From: Octopus sinensis
Lineage: Eukaryota
Direction: 5' to 3'
Length of the DNA stretch: 64,000 nucleotides
Assembly (NCBI RefSeq): GCF_006345805.1
Contig: NC_042999.1
Coordinates: forward strand, 72,292,001-72,356,000
Part shown: positions 1 through 12,475 of the stretch, in pieces
How the letters are laid out: each line of letters starts with the position of its first letter
Position numbering within the stretch: the first letter of the stretch is position 1
Translations under genes and position numbers: made by a program
The notes under the pieces: generated by a model
Told to the model about the DNA's origin: nothing
Seen by the model: the letters and a program-made list of their open reading frames with translations, nothing else
The model's database searches: none

Positions 1-316
1 CCATCACGGTGTCCTTTAACCTGCAAAGGGAGATAATTCCCCGATGAAGCGGAAACCACACACGGACCATGGTTTCAAGGTGTATTGCCTATCGTCAACG
101 TGTGGTAGGCCTCCGCTTCCTCGACGAAATCTCACTCTGCAGGGTGGTGGGGGTGTTACTGTTTCATTAGCCCCAGGCGAACATCGACGTCGCCAGATAG
201 GCTTGACACCATCACGGTGTCCTAGGTTAAAGGACACCGTGATGGTGTCAAGCCTATCTGGCGACGTCGATGTTCGCCTGGGGCTAAATGCAACAGTAAC
301 ACCCCCACCACCCTGC
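1..316. repeat. GC-rich 208-bp-period direct repeat ending in a foldback inversion
   Basis: ccatcacggtgtcct occurs at 1 and 209. Segment 139-223 is the reverse complement of 231-316 (one substitution, one indel), with loop aggttaa. Confidence 0.85.
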
Positions 317-504
317 CCTGTCCCTAGCCATATTCAGATGGCTTTAGTCCCTTATGTTATATATATATATATATATATTAGCAGAGATACCCGGCGTTAC
401 TCGGGATTAAAATGGCATATTTTTTATTCTTTTCCTTACTTTGGTCATATGACTGCAGCCATTCTGGTGCATCACATTTAGTCGAAGAAACTGACAACAG
501 GATT

Positions 505-540
<36 letters not shown>

Positions 541-1164
541 ATATATATAATATATATATATAATCAAAATAAGCAACAAGTATATCCGAGATAGAGTAGT
601 ACAATTTTTTCATGCTACTTCATTTTAGTAAACACTTTAAGTATTGCATCAGTTTTAAAATGTCGTACAATCTTCAGCCACTTATAGAATTTTCCAATCA
701 AACGGACAATGCACATTCTTATCTCTATTTCATTCACCAACATTATAAAGAGGGTAGATATATAGACAGAGAGGTTGATTTCATTCTTAAGAACAAGATA
801 ACAAGATAACAGTATATTTACTCTCTGACTGTAGATTTTATCATTGGGTTCATTTTGTTATTTAGATCTGTCAGTGGGGAGGGGCATTTTATTTTTGGTT
901 AGATGGAGACAAAGAATTTTTCTATTTATAGATAAATAGAAAAACATTATTTGTCTCCATCCAACCCAAAATACAATTGTTGGTATATTTAGCTTATTAA
1001 CATCAATAGGGAAGACATTTCTGGAAAAAATTTAATAATTCAAAATGTTAGACTAAAAATTATATTTACTAATTATATTTTTTCTAAAAATATCTTCCCT
1101 ATTGATGTTAATAAGCTAAATATACCGTATCTCTGTATCGTACGATATAAAATAGACCTGTTGA

Positions 1165-1270
1165 CATATGAAAGGCAAAGTCGACCTTGGCGGAATTTGA
1201 ACTCAGAACGTAGCGACAGAGGAAATACCGCTAAATATTTCGCATGGCATGCTAACAATTTTGTCAGCTC
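1165..1270 (-). mobile_element. tRNA-derived SINE fragment (family B)
   Basis: Reverse complement contains the ttctgagttcaaattccgcc...gtcgactttgcctttca block also seen at 12476 and 53411. Confidence 0.75.
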
Positions 1271-1276
1271 GATAAA

Positions 1277-1312
1277 TGATGATGAGGATGATGATGATGA
1301 TGATGATGATGA

Positions 1313-1360
<48 letters not shown>

Positions 1361-1440
1361 CAGTAGTAGTAGTAGTAGTAACAGCAGCAGCAGCAGCACC
1401 GGCTTCGGCTTCAGCGTCAGCGGTAGTTGTGGTGGTGGCA
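1277..1440. repeat. Compound (GAT)n-(AGT)n-(AGC)n trinucleotide microsatellite
   Basis: Directly visible. Explains the poly-D/S/V/L ORFs at 1073-1547. Confidence 0.95.
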
Positions 1441-1985
1441 TTAGTAATATTGGTAGTATTAGTATTAGCGACAGAACTTTTAGTTCTCGTGGTGATAGTA
1501 GTAAAGTAGAAGTAGTATTGGTTAGCAGTGATAGTAGTTATATATGAAGCAGACCTGTTGACATTGGAGAATTTTTACAGAAATGACCCTGTACGTATAA
1601 ATACACAAATTGAAAGCTAGAGAAGAATATAAAAAAATTAAATACCTTTACAAAATTTTTTATCAGAAATCGTCACAACTGTAATGATGTATACATTCGT
1701 GTGTGTCTGTAAATAACTGGTTACTAAGTTATTACGTCAGAACGCCAGACACAGGAAGTTGACATTGACAAAATGGTTTGAGGAAGTGAAACTTTATCAT
1801 ATATATAAAGTAATATTATTTATTTTTAATAGAATATTAAATCATTATTATTTCCAAGATTAAATTATTCATATACTCCAAGTATGGTACGGATTGATCT
1901 AGAGGTTTGACCATACATAGAGGACACACACACAGACTGCGTATGTTGTGTGTTTATATATATGGTATTATGAGACAGGCTGCAT

Positions 1986-2262
1986 TGTAGTGAAGGATCG
2001 GAAGAGAGGGAGTAGGCATGTCCTGTCGGAAGTGGTGCCTGTGGATCCCACCGGAAGTGGACATGTGGCGGTGGACATGTGGCGGTGGACATGTGGCATC
2101 AGCGAAGCACGAGGGTCAGTCGGGGCGGCGAACAACACACCAGAGCGGACCTGTGAGGCGGTACAGCAACGGACAGGCCACGTGGATGTGACTCTTTTTC
2201 CGGACCGACAGGTAACACTACCATAATTCTCTCTTCGTTCCGTCTTATTCATCCTTTACATC

Positions 2263-2265
<3 letters not shown>
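1986..2265 (+). mobile_element. Possible solo LTR
   Basis: GC-rich ~280-bp island starting TGTAGTGAAGGAT and ending ATCCTTTACATCACA (TG...CA, imperfect terminal inversion), with an internal 13-bp gtggacatgtggc repeat x3. No clear target-site duplication. Confidence 0.4.
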
Positions 2266-2328
<63 letters not shown>

Positions 2329-2475
2329 CTTTAATAAACAATATTATCGATATTGACTTTGAAGTTTCGGCCAGCTAAGCCATCATAGGACGGCGGTGAT
2401 GCGCTAATCTTGCTTTTATATAATTTCTAGGACTGACACACCTAAACATGCTTACAAAGTTCCAAACGTATTCTT

Positions 2476-2705
2476 TTTTCTTTTATTCTTTTATTTGTTT
2501 CAGTCATTTGCTGCGGCCATGCTAGAGCACCGCCTTAAAAGGTTTTAGTTGAACAAATCGATCCCATGATCTATTCTTTGTAAGTCTAGTGCGTATTGTA
2601 TCAGTCTCTTTTACCGAAACTCTAGATTAAGGGACATAAACACAGCAACTTCCGTTATCAAGCGATAGCTGGGGTACAAACACAGATACACACACATCCG
2701 TCGTG

Positions 2706-2754
<49 letters not shown>

Positions 2755-2915
2755 ATGATGGATTTCTTTCAATTCCCGTCTACCAAATCTACCCACAATG
2801 CTTTGGTCGGCCCGAAGCTATAGTAGAAGACACTTGTTCACGGTGCCAAGCAATAGGACTGAACCTGGAACCTTGTAGTTGGAAAGCAAGCCTCACCATC
2901 ACGACTTGCCCTACA
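2476..2915 (-). mobile_element. tRNA-derived SINE (family A: tRNA head, CA microsatellite, conserved tail)
   Basis: tttcagtcatttgctgcggccatgctagagcaccgcctt tail and gaagacacttg...gactgaacc head in reverse. Same family at 3217, 17330, 27845. Confidence 0.85.
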
Positions 2916-3110
2916 CCCTAAATACCATCCGACCGAACCCCAGACACTTGAGGACAATACCTCAACAGATACTATATAAAGCCAAAAGGTGGTGTCCCAA
3001 TATGGCCGTAGTCCAATGACTGAAACATGTAAGAGAAAGATAAAAGAAAGATGTATGTTTTTGTATATGAATATATATATTCATATACATGGAAAATGGA
3101 CGTTAAACAA

Positions 3111-3148
<38 letters not shown>

Positions 3149-3216
3149 TATATATATATACACATATATATATATAACACATATATATATATATATATAC
3201 ACACACATACATAGAC

Positions 3217-3303
3217 GCAGGTTCAGTCCCACTGCATCGCACCTTGAGCAGGTATCTTCTATATAGCCTCGGGCCGGCTAACAGAAACTGAAAGAATCCC
3301 GTC

Positions 3304-3350
<47 letters not shown>

Positions 3351-3580
3351 CGTGCACGTGTAGGTCTTGTCTGTGTTTGTCCCTCATTACCGCTTGACAA
3401 TCAATATTGGTGTCTTTATGTACCCGTAACGTAGCGGCTTGGTAAAAAGAGTCCGATAGAATAGGTACTAGGCTTAAGAAATAAGCCGTGGGATCGATTT
3501 GTTTGACTAAACCCCTTAAATGCAGTAATCCAGTATGGCCGCGGTCAAATCACTGAAACAAGTAAAAGAATAAAAGAATA
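3217..3580 (+). mobile_element. tRNA-derived SINE (family A)
   Basis: ggttcagtcccactgcatcgcaccttgagcagg head, (GT)n, then ggccgcggtcaaatcactgaaacaagtaaaag tail. Confidence 0.85.
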
Positions 3581-3787
3581 CGTACATGAATTATATATAT
3601 TAATGAATAACTTGAGCAAGCTGTACGCAACACTGCATCACTGTATGGATAGATAAATATTCTTTTAACGTAAATCAGTATCTCGATGCTATAGGTTTCT
3701 TGTGAATACGTTCATTGTTATTCAATCGGAGATTAAATAATGGAAGACAACCCTGAAATTGCTGCATGTTATTTCGTGAGTTTGCAG

Positions 3788-3856
3788 ATGGTAGAAATGA
3801 ACAAGCATGAACCAGTGATAAGGAAGGGCCCTACCGTATTGTTTGTTTCCCTTGTG
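3788..3856 (+). other. Candidate small exon (MVEMNKHEPVIRKGPTVLFVSLV)
   Basis: tttgcag acceptor and GTG|gtgagt donor, open in one frame. No recognisable homology. Confidence 0.2.
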
Positions 3857-4969
3857 GTGAGTCTTAAGCTCCTGAGGTTTTTCAACGAATGGTTTTATGC
3901 CATTTTCTGCAGAAAATATTTGAAATTATATGATACCGGAGCGTCTATATCTAAACGTATTGGCGGTATATTGTGCGTAGATGCTATAATAATCTTGGAG
4001 ATAACCTCTCAAAATGAATAAATTTGATTCTAAAATTAACCCCAAGGGAAATAACAAGCACGATAGCTCTGATTGCTTACCCGTGAGTGTTAACATCTCA
4101 CACCATAAACTCTCGTAATATCATGTCACATTCTTGGTATTTAAATGGCATAGATATCATTTATTATTCTAAATCCGATGCAATAAGCTGCGATTGAATA
4201 CCGACACGAAACCTACGGTATCTGTTATTCATTTCTATGAAATGGATGCATCATGCATATATATATACATATCTAGAGAGAGAGAGAGAGTGAGAGCGAA
4301 ATCAAAGTTATTTTATATTACACGGGTAGAAATACAGGATAAATAGAAAATATGCACTGGGAATAGTTAAAATATATTTTATTATTATATATAAAGATTT
4401 AACCGGTTTCACAGTTTACACTGATTTTCAAAAATTTGATATAGAAAGATGTGCGTTATGTCGCAGATAAGCCGTGTCTTTCTATTTCACATTTTTGAAA
4501 ATCGGTGTAACTGGGAAATCAGTTAAATCTTTAAATATAGCAATAAAAAATATCTTAACTTTTCTCAGTGCATTTTCAACTTCTATTTTTCCTATATATA
4601 TATATATATATATATAATTAATCCTGGTCATGTTGATTCATTGTTTTTCTCTTTGCCTTCGTAAAAAATTATGTTTACCGTCATGGAGATTCTTACAGAA
4701 GTAGAAAAGGAATTTGTAACTCCTATTTCTAATTTCGGTATGTGGTGAAGCAGTTAACTGAACCCTTATTATAATTATGTGGATAATTTTACCTATAAAG
4801 GTTATTTTAACGTACCGATCTACTTGGTAAAATCGTTAATTAATTGATTAATTAGTTAATTAGTTAATTTAATTAATAAATTTTACTCTTCTATTATTAA
4901 TTTTTAATTTTATATATATATACATATATGTATATATATATATATATATATTATATTATATATATATAT

Positions 4970-5172
4970 ATTCAAACATATAAGGGATGGCCATAATAGG
5001 ACATCCGACTCACTAGAAAGAGAAATGGAAAGAGAAATAAAAACGTTTACCCTAGGATAGGGTAAACGTTTTTATTTCCATTTCAGAATTACAACTATTA
5101 GTGGTTTGGAGTTTAACTGCTCTTTCTAGTGAGTCGGATGTCCTATTATGGCCATCCCTTATATGTTTGAAT
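4970..5172. repeat. Foldback inverted repeat with a bulge of about 33 nt
   Basis: attcaaacatataagggatggcc...ctagaaagag pairs with ctctttctag...atatgtttgaat. Inner stem aaaaacgtttaccct/agggtaaacgttttt around cctagg at 5051-5056. Confidence 0.9.
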
Positions 5173-5972
5173 GTATATTACATAGTCTATTGACTATTTT
5201 TTCTTTCTCACTTGACCACTGGTCAATTTTCTAGAATTTTTTGCTACCCTAAAATTTATTAATATATATATATATATATATTAGCAATAACTATAACTTG
5301 TTAGTCCACAACATTTTCTTTTATTTTACAATTTTATACACCATATTATCGTGGTTATTACGACTTACACGTGTTTTGCTGCACAGAGATGGGCAGTTGC
5401 ACATGCAAACAGGCATAATTTTCTGTGCAGCTGCGTTCAGTGTCTATCTATTAGCTACTTTCGAAGCGAACTGAAGACAGTTAGTTATTTTTTTTCTTTT
5501 TATTTTGTAGGGGCGGTTATGGTTCAAGGGAAGGTGGAACGAAGCTGTTTGACTCTGGAATGTATTCTGCTTTTAAGTTTCTGTGGTTGGCCTCGGTTTC
5601 ACACCATTTGCTGGCCAAAGTCAGGATTCTATCTAATTAGGTCGAGGTTGATGTTACTTTGTGTATTGTAGTAATTAGGTACTTAATAACCTTATTTTTA
5701 AGTGTAGCCTTGTAATGTTATGTTTTAGTAATTCATATATTTATTTCCTTGGCTAATCAAAATAGCGTGAACAGAGGGCGATACAAGCTCAACATCTTAT
5801 TAAAACCTTTTCCTTGAAACAACAATTGTTTTCCGAAAACTTTCAAGATTCAACATTTTGTTGAAACTTTTTTCTGTAAAACCGGAATTTTTCCCAATTT
5901 CATACACACACACACACATACACACACTCACACACACTCACACACGCACACACACACACACATATATATATT

Positions 5973-6028
<56 letters not shown>

Positions 6029-6501
6029 AGTGTGTATATATGTATATATATAATATATATATATATATGAATATATACATATATATATATATATATTCAT
6101 ATATAGATAGATAGATAGATTATTTAAATTGTTTCACGGTCATATATTATATATATGGTTCTGCAAGAAGTTACAAAAATGCTAAAATCGACTGTAATTT
6201 TTAATTCTCCTGTGCAGATATGTGTGCATAAGACTATTAAATTAGTGCACAGGGGTTCCCCGAGCCAGTGGAGTGTTTCCTTGGGGTTCCGCTCCAGCAA
6301 AAAGTTTGAAAAGCACTGCTCTAGACAGTACCATCAAATGAATATTCTTTCCTTAAATCCAATCGACGACTAACACGCCCAGGACATTATTAAATGTTCT
6401 GTCTTATGTTATCAATGAGTTATTGTTAGGTAAGTGATTCAAACTCCGCCTCAAAATATTCGCTATAAATTACTTTGAAACACGTGCATGTAGTCATGTG
6501 C

Positions 6502-6539
<38 letters not shown>

Positions 6540-6639
6540 CCCTGTGTCTATTATCCAGTCAAAAACACACATATACATACATGCCTACACGCAAATATAA
6601 ATAATATTTATCTATATATTTATATATATTGGTATATAT

Positions 6640-6649
6640 GTATGTTATG

Positions 6650-6688
<39 letters not shown>

Positions 6689-6797
6689 GTATGTAGGTAG
6701 GTAGGTAGGTAGGTAGGTAGGTAGATACATACACACATACATACTTACATACGTTGATAGATATAGATATGTATACCTATATATACCTACAAACATG

Positions 6798-6853
<56 letters not shown>

Positions 6854-6854
6854 A

Positions 6855-6890
<36 letters not shown>

Positions 6891-7030
6891 AACACATACA
6901 CATACATATATATTTATATAGGTATCAATCGATAAATAGATAGATAAACATTTATATTTATATTTGCATATTGGCATCTACATCTTGTCTTAGATATATA
7001 CACAGAGAGAGAAAGAGGGAGATATATACT

Positions 7031-7107
<77 letters not shown>

Positions 7108-7303
7108 GGATAGATAGATAGATAGATAGATAGATAGAAAGATAGATAGATAGATAGATAGATGACAGATATATAGATGCATACATATATATTTATATAT
7201 CTATCTATCTATATATATATATATATATATACATACATACATATGCGCGTGTATGCGTGCGCGTGTGTGAGTATACAAATATTTAGATATACATATGCAT
7301 ACA

Positions 7304-7363
<60 letters not shown>

Positions 7364-7515
7364 CATACATACATACATACATACATACATACATGCATAC
7401 AGATATTTATATATAGATATACATACACTCACACGCACATACACATATACACAGATATATGTATATACATATATACAAAAAGTACGTCTATATTGCAGAT
7501 ATGCATATATATACG

Positions 7516-7565
<50 letters not shown>

Positions 7566-7569
7566 TATA

Positions 7570-7657
<88 letters not shown>

Positions 7658-7760
7658 GTGTGTGTGTGTATCTGCAATATATACGTACTTTTTGTATTCC
7701 TATTATGCGTATATTGTGTATGCGCGCGCGCATGAGTTGTGTGTGTGTGTGTGTAAATGT
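6640..7760. repeat. Large compound microsatellite block (GATA, GGTA, TA, CA, CATA, GT)
   Basis: Directly visible. Source of the many IY/YI/CV ORFs. Confidence 0.95.
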
Positions 7761-9365
7761 GCTACCTTGAACAAACTCTACAGGCTGAAACAATTTCAAT
7801 TACAGTCGCAATATATTAGAATACAAGGAGAGAGTGAATTATATTTTGGTAACGATTATCGATAAGACAATTATTGAGAAAATGAGAAGGAACAGTAGTG
7901 GAGAAAAAAATCACGCCAAGAATCTACATGTGTGCGCGTGTGAAAACCTATACATACGCATACACAAACACACATGCGCACACGCACACACACACACGTA
8001 TATTCCCACACATACACAAACACACACACACATATACTATGAAGATGGTGCAAATAGTGTATGTGTATATTAATACCTGCTGATTTTTCCTCTTTTTTTT
8101 CCGGAACGAATTAATAAAGCTTTTATAGGCAGCCATTTCTTAACTCTGTTATCACGTTTTAATAAGGAATTATAATATCATGAATGAAACCTCCATATTA
8201 TTTGCTTTGTAGGGCTATGCTACAGGAGGTGTGGTAGAGCGCATGACCATTTCATGAGTGCCAAGTATAGTAAAAGGAAGCAATGAAGTTCTTGTAAATC
8301 TAGAGATTTTGCCCAAATGCATAAAGATTTATTTGTGTGTGTCCGTGAGTGTGTATGTTTTTGTGCTTTTTTATGTGAATACCTAGATACATGCACCGGT
8401 ATTTGCTTGCGACTGTTTATGTAATGTGTGAGTGCGTTTGTGTTCAGTAAGGTATTTATTTCTTGGGAAATTGATATTAGATTCAATGTGTCTTCAGTTG
8501 GTTTTCTTAAACATGTCTTAGATTATCGACTTGAATATCTAATCAAGTTATTAAAGGTTAATCTACAGCGGGTGGGAACAGAGGTTACGTATTCAAGAAT
8601 TCTATAATATACATATGTGCGTGTATATGTGTGTGCGTGCATGTGTGTATGTGTGTGTGTATGTGTGTGTGTGTGTATTATTCCACTTCCTTTTATTTAA
8701 ATATATGCTTAGAGCTAAGCTTAAGCAATGTATCATACCAAAAGAATATAAGATGCATTAATATATTTCGGATAAGTCCCATCGGTGCATATGAAAGAAA
8801 AATGATAAATTCTTTCTAACCCTTCTGTGTGTTTTTATAAATTTACGTGAGAGGTGTTGGGACATCTATATCGATAAATTTCGCTGCCTAAGTATATTTC
8901 CATCTTCCAACTCCCCTGCCAATGCATCTACTTTCATAAAAATTCTGTGTAAATATACAGATTGACGAAGAAATATCAATAGACAGAAATGCTGATAAAT
9001 GGATAATAATTTTCTTTCTTATTTATTTATTATTATTATTTATTATTTATTTTTTTTTTTTTTGAGATGAAGACACCTTAGTGTTAGGAAAACAAACAGA
9101 GTAATGGTCAGAGCACACTAGTTGACACTTGACATCTGAATAGGAAACAGGTTAATTATATCTATCATAATGATGATCTATAGATTCTGGTCTCGTGTAG
9201 TAGACGATTGATAAATTATGCTCCTCTGATTCCTCAGTAAAATACAGTCACATCACAGATGCGTTTTCTAGTCGAAGGAACTGTTTTCATCATTGTAAGA
9301 CAACCGATCTTAAGTGAATTCCACAACGCTACAACTACTGACAGTGGTGAATTCTAACCCCAGCT

Positions 9366-9386
9366 TAGTTGTTGCTCTTGTTGTTG

Positions 9387-9473
<87 letters not shown>

Positions 9474-9486
9474 GTTGTTGTTGTTG

Positions 9487-9525
<39 letters not shown>

Positions 9526-9540
9526 TTGTCGTTGTTAAGC
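9366..9540. repeat. (GTT)n-(GCT)n microsatellite
   Basis: Directly visible. Explains the poly-L/C/T/N ORFs. Confidence 0.95.
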
Positions 9541-10222
9541 AACAAGACGGGTAAGGGTGATTAGATGATGGTCTAGGGCTTAGACCTTGGAAAACAACTT
9601 TGGTCGTCTTATTATAGTCAAGGGCTCTTCGTTGACGCCCGACACCACTGGGAGGTGGCCTTCGAAGTCGCTGGAAATGGAGATCTCCAGGTCCAAATTC
9701 TTGAACGGCTGTTGCTGTTGCTGGTGTTGTTGCTAATGGCGGTGATATTTAACCCCATACCAATCATGATCGACCAAAGATCAAAGGGTTTTCATCCGTC
9801 AGTATTCCATCTTTTGTTCAAACATAATTTATCTAGGACTACATTATCAAATGTGTCTTCCCCATTTGTTTTTGTTCCTTTTTGTGGGGGTGCAGTTAAG
9901 ACTTTGGTTTGTGGGAGACTTGGCTTCAGGTGAAGAGATTACGGAGAGTTTTTCTCGTTGCTCCTCCAAGTAGGGAGTTAGGTAACGTCGACTACTTAGA
10001 GCATTATTATAATCAAAGTAGCAACACTGTGTGGTGGAATATGAGACCAGTAACAGAATATAAACAACCGCAGTTACTGTTGCCTTGTGGTCTTGCACTA
10101 TTACTTTCACATTTTTTTTTACAGAGCTGAGGGTAAGCAAACATTATCTTCAAGAAATAACCGCCATAACAAATCAGGTTTCGCATTCAGGAAAGAGTAC
10201 AAAAAAAAGGGTTGAACAACTA

Positions 10223-11470
10223 CGAGGGGCATTCAATAAGTAATGCCCCTGACCCACTTCCCATAGCAATAGAGCAACGAAACTTGGCACAGTTATTGGA
10301 CTTTTTCTACGTATTGGACTTTTTCTCAGAGTAACGCATTTCTCCCATTGTTTGATGCAGCTCTGGAGACCGTTTTTGTAGAAGACCCCAGCTTGGTCCT
10401 CCAACCACGACGTGACTTCAGAAATCAAGGCTACATCATCTGGGAAACGCTTTACTTTCAAAAATAACTTCATGGCTGAGAAGAGGTGAAAATCAGAGGG
10501 TGCAAGGTCAGGAGATTAGGGAGGAGTTCATAACCGCACGCCTGTGCTTCTGATCTGGCGACACGCGAGTTGTGGACCGGAGCGTTGTCCTGCTGAAGGA
10601 GGATGCCTTTGCTGATCTTGCCCCGCCTCTTGATTTTGATAGCTTCTCTTAATTTCCTCAAAAGTGAAGCATAATAGGCTCCTGTAATTGTGGTACCCTT
10701 TGCCAGGAAATCTGGCATCACTACTCCGTCCTGGTCCCAGAAGATTGTGAGCATGACCTTGCCAGCGGAGGGCTGCACCCTTGCCTTCTTTGGAGGAGGT
10801 GAGTCACGGTGATTCCACTGCATTGACTGGGCTTTGGTCTCTGGATCATAGTGATGGACACAGGTTTCATCCTGTGTAATCAGTCTTTTGAAAAACTTTG
10901 ACTCATCTTCTTGGCACATCACCAAATTCATCCTCGAGCACTCGACGCGTTCTTGCTTCTGGAAAGGTGTGAGCAACCTGGGAATCCGTCTGGCAGACAC
11001 CTTTTGAATATGCAAATGGTCATGAATGATAGTTTCCACAGATCCGGTACTAATCTTGACCTCATGGGCTATTTGGCGAATAGTTATGCGTCGATCTTCC
11101 AAAATGGCAGCCTCAACTTGACGGACAGGTGCTTCATCAATGGCAGAAAGGGGGCGACCAGATCTGGGAGCTGTTTCCACAGAATTCTGACCATGTTTGA
11201 ATTCACGATGCCAACGTTTTACAAGGTCACATGATGGGGCATCATCACCATAAGTTACTTTCATTTCATCAAAAGTCTCCCGTGGTGTGCATCCTTTCAA
11301 ATACAAAAACAGGATCACTGCTCGACACTCAACAGGCTCCATTTCACACTTGACTCAGTTCAAACACCTGTAAATCAGAAACTACAATTAGTTCAGAGCT
11401 GTAATTTGCCACTTAATCTATAATGATATAAATAATTGCAAGTGGGTCAGGGGCATTACTTATTGAACGC
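10223..11470 (-). mobile_element. Tc1/mariner DNA transposon, near full length
   Basis: Left TIR TA|cgaggggcattcaataagtaatgcccctgacccactt at 10221-10259. Right TIR aagtgggtcaggggcattacttattgaacgc at 11440-11470 with eroded outer end. Transposase lies between. Confidence 0.95.
10300..11342 (-). pseudogene. Mariner (DD34D-type) transposase with one frameshift
   Basis: N-terminal HTH (MEPVECRAVILFLYLKG...VKRWHREFK), ITQDETCVHHYDPE, QQDNAPVH. SPDLAPSDFHLF lies in a shifted frame near 10517 and continues into ORF 10174-10473 (KRFPDDVALISEVTSWLE...KCV). Confidence 0.92.
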
Positions 11471-12475
11471 ATAATATATCCAGAGCTATGTTATCAAATT
11501 TGTCGTTGCTTTTGAAGACAATAGTATTGAGTTCTGGCTATGTTAAACTGGACGAGCGATTGTGCAACGATTCCTTTGGATTAAGAAAATCTGGTTATTA
11601 GGATAATGCCGATTACAATTATGATCATGACGATTATGATAAACCTGATGGCAACGATATTTGTAGTTCTTGTCGTGGATTATTTTTAATAAACAATCTG
11701 GAATTTATTAAATCAATTTCATTTGACATTTTGCGCAAAATCTCAAAAGAGGAGGGTTTTTTGCATCAATATTATAGATAATTATAGGCCCATAAATGTC
11801 ACATTTACAAAGAAAATGATATTTAATGAATGGTTTTGTGTTGTCTGGATATTGAAGAAAAATAACTCTTCCATTTTTGTAATAAAGTTATATCTCTTGT
11901 GCTGACGTTATTAAAAACGGAACAGCCTTCCTGCTTTTTAAAATATGTTGCATTAGAGAACTTCAATTAAAATATTGCTACCATTATTGTAAGTATTATG
12001 GCAGAGAGTATTGAACAAAATGTTTTGTGACACTTATCCAGATCTTTACCCTTCTGGTTTCAAATCCCGTCGAGGTCGACTTTGTCTTTTATCTTTTGGA
12101 GTCGATAAAACAAAGCACTGGTGAGTTAACACGGTCAATGTTATCGATTAACTAACACTTCTTCGTAATTGCTGCCTTTGTGTGTGTCTAAATCAGAAAC
12201 AATTATAGTCCGTACTAAGAGAATAGAGACAAAATATTCTTAGTCGACTCTTTAAATGAAATCACCGGGGAAAATGCGTGCGCGAACGTGTTACATGAGA
12301 GACAGTAAAAATTACTGAAAGACAACCGGTCACAGTGAGTCAGCAAAGTGTGTTTCTGTGTAAATCTCTCGTCACTTGATCTGTTCAAAGTTACAGAAAA
12401 AGTTCTCTCAGCAACATTCGCCAATAAATCTGAGACAATGCCTAAAATACCTATCATTATTTGTATCAGTTTAAA

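Noticed and set aside
30-200. SECIS-, HDV- or hammerhead-like reading of the first repeat (ATGA...GA, ttcctcg, CCGATGA...GAAA)
   Set aside because: Helix spacing and order do not fit: SECIS helix II is too short, HDV P2/P3 are not adjacent, and the HHR core is mutated with stem II not abutting GAAA.
1073-1547. Poly-Asp/Ser, poly-Val and poly-Leu ORFs
   Set aside because: Produced by a trinucleotide microsatellite plus a SINE fragment. No splice or homology support.
5369-5470. Minus-strand exon candidate with gtaagt donor
   Set aside because: Stops in all three frames from the nearest good acceptor.
9314-9554. Poly-Leu/Cys/Thr ORFs
   Set aside because: (GTT)n/(GCT)n microsatellite.
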